A DNA stretch of 64,000 nucleotides from Podarcis liolepis (Eukaryota), in the NCBI GenBank assembly GCA_965112155.1, contig OZ218102.1. The stretch is one strand, 5' to 3'. Both the position numbers and the translations under genes were made by a program. This document shows, piece by piece, positions 63,173 through 64,000 of the stretch; the first letter of the stretch is position 1, and every line of letters starts with the position of its first letter. Below the pieces are notes generated by a model. The model was not told the DNA's origin. It searched no databases and saw only the letters and a list, made by a program, of their open reading frames with translations.

Positions 63173-63497
63173 TAAAGGTAAAGGGACCCCTGACCATTAG
63201 GTCCAGTCGTGACCGACTCTGGGGTTGCAGCGCTCATCTCACTTTATTGGCCAAGGGAGCCGCCGTACAGCTTCCGGGTCATGTGGCCAGCATGACTTAG
63301 CCGCTTCTGGCGAATCAGAGCAGCGCATGGAAACGCCATTTACCTTCCTGCCGGATACCTATTTATCTACTTGCACCTTGACGTACTTTCGAACTGCTAG
63401 GTTGGCAGGAGCAGGGACCTCACCCCGTTGCGGGGATTCAAACCACTGACCTTCTGATCGGCAAGTCCTAGGCTCTGTGGTTTAACCCACAGCGCCA
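63173..63497 (-). mobile_element. Sauria SINE
   Basis: 15-bp TSD GCTGGGAGTTGCTAG at 63158-63172 and 63498-63512; inserted in an older repeat. Confidence 0.93.
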
Positions 63498-63676
63498 GCT
63501 GGGAGTTGCTAGGAGGCCCCCATTCCCTTCCTAGAACTACAGTTTACAGAGTTCGGTTGGGTTTGATTTCATTTAATATTTGCTTTCCTCTTTTTCCAAC
63601 AACAAAGTTGAGCTCAAAATGTCTCAAAATGATGATATTAACATTTCAGTAGAAATCAAAATAAATAAAAATATTG

Positions 63677-63748
63677 TCCAGTAGCACCTTAGAGACCAAC
63701 TAAGTTTGTTCTTGGTATGAGCTTTCGTGTGCATGCACACTTCTTCAG
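63677..63748 (-). mobile_element. Penelope-like terminal fragment with truncated hammerhead motif
   Basis: Near-identical to 47092-47163; the 5' strand of helix I is missing. Confidence 0.75.
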
Positions 63749-64000
63749 GAACCATTGTCATCATTCTAACCATACCAAAAGCACAATAGTGTATAAATAA
63801 GGCAAAAAACTAACAAATCTATCAAACAGTAACATTCAGTACATGATTCAAAATATCAGAAATGACTGCTGAGCACCACCCTTTCCCTGAGTGCAAGAAG
63901 GTTTGATAGTTAAACCACCCTGGGAATTGTAACTCTGTGACAGGAATGGGGGTCTCCTAACAACTCTCAGCACCCCTAACAATGTACGTTTCCCAAGATG

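Larger units (their letters stand above)
5886..64000 (+). other. MBNL1: MBNL1 large intron (incomplete; next exon beyond the window)
   Basis: GTGAGT donor; the expected next exon (GRCSRENCKYLHPP...) was not seen in the ORF track or by reading. Confidence 0.85.

Overview
Eukaryotic (vertebrate) genomic DNA, almost certainly a squamate reptile and probably a lacertid lizard, inferred from Sauria SINEs, BovB, L2, CR1, Penelope-like fragments and lizard-type MITEs. The only host gene is MBNL1 (muscleblind-like 1) on the + strand. Its large first coding exon runs 4793-5885 (919 nt 5'UTR plus 174 nt CDS encoding CCCH zinc finger 1 and the start of finger 2). A giant intron follows from 5886 past the end of the window. 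Other ORFs in the track are transposon fragments or chance ORFs. I found no convincing novel protein-coding system. The most interesting signals are at RNA level: a dense YGCY autoregulatory cluster, a predicted 66-aa ORF across the back-splice junction of the exon, and an inverted Sauria-SINE pair flanking that exon. Also notable are a Penelope-type fold-back carrying a minimal hammerhead ribozyme motif and a tandem SINE dimer with a triplicated target site. Repeat family names and coordinates come from reading by eye, not from a database search.
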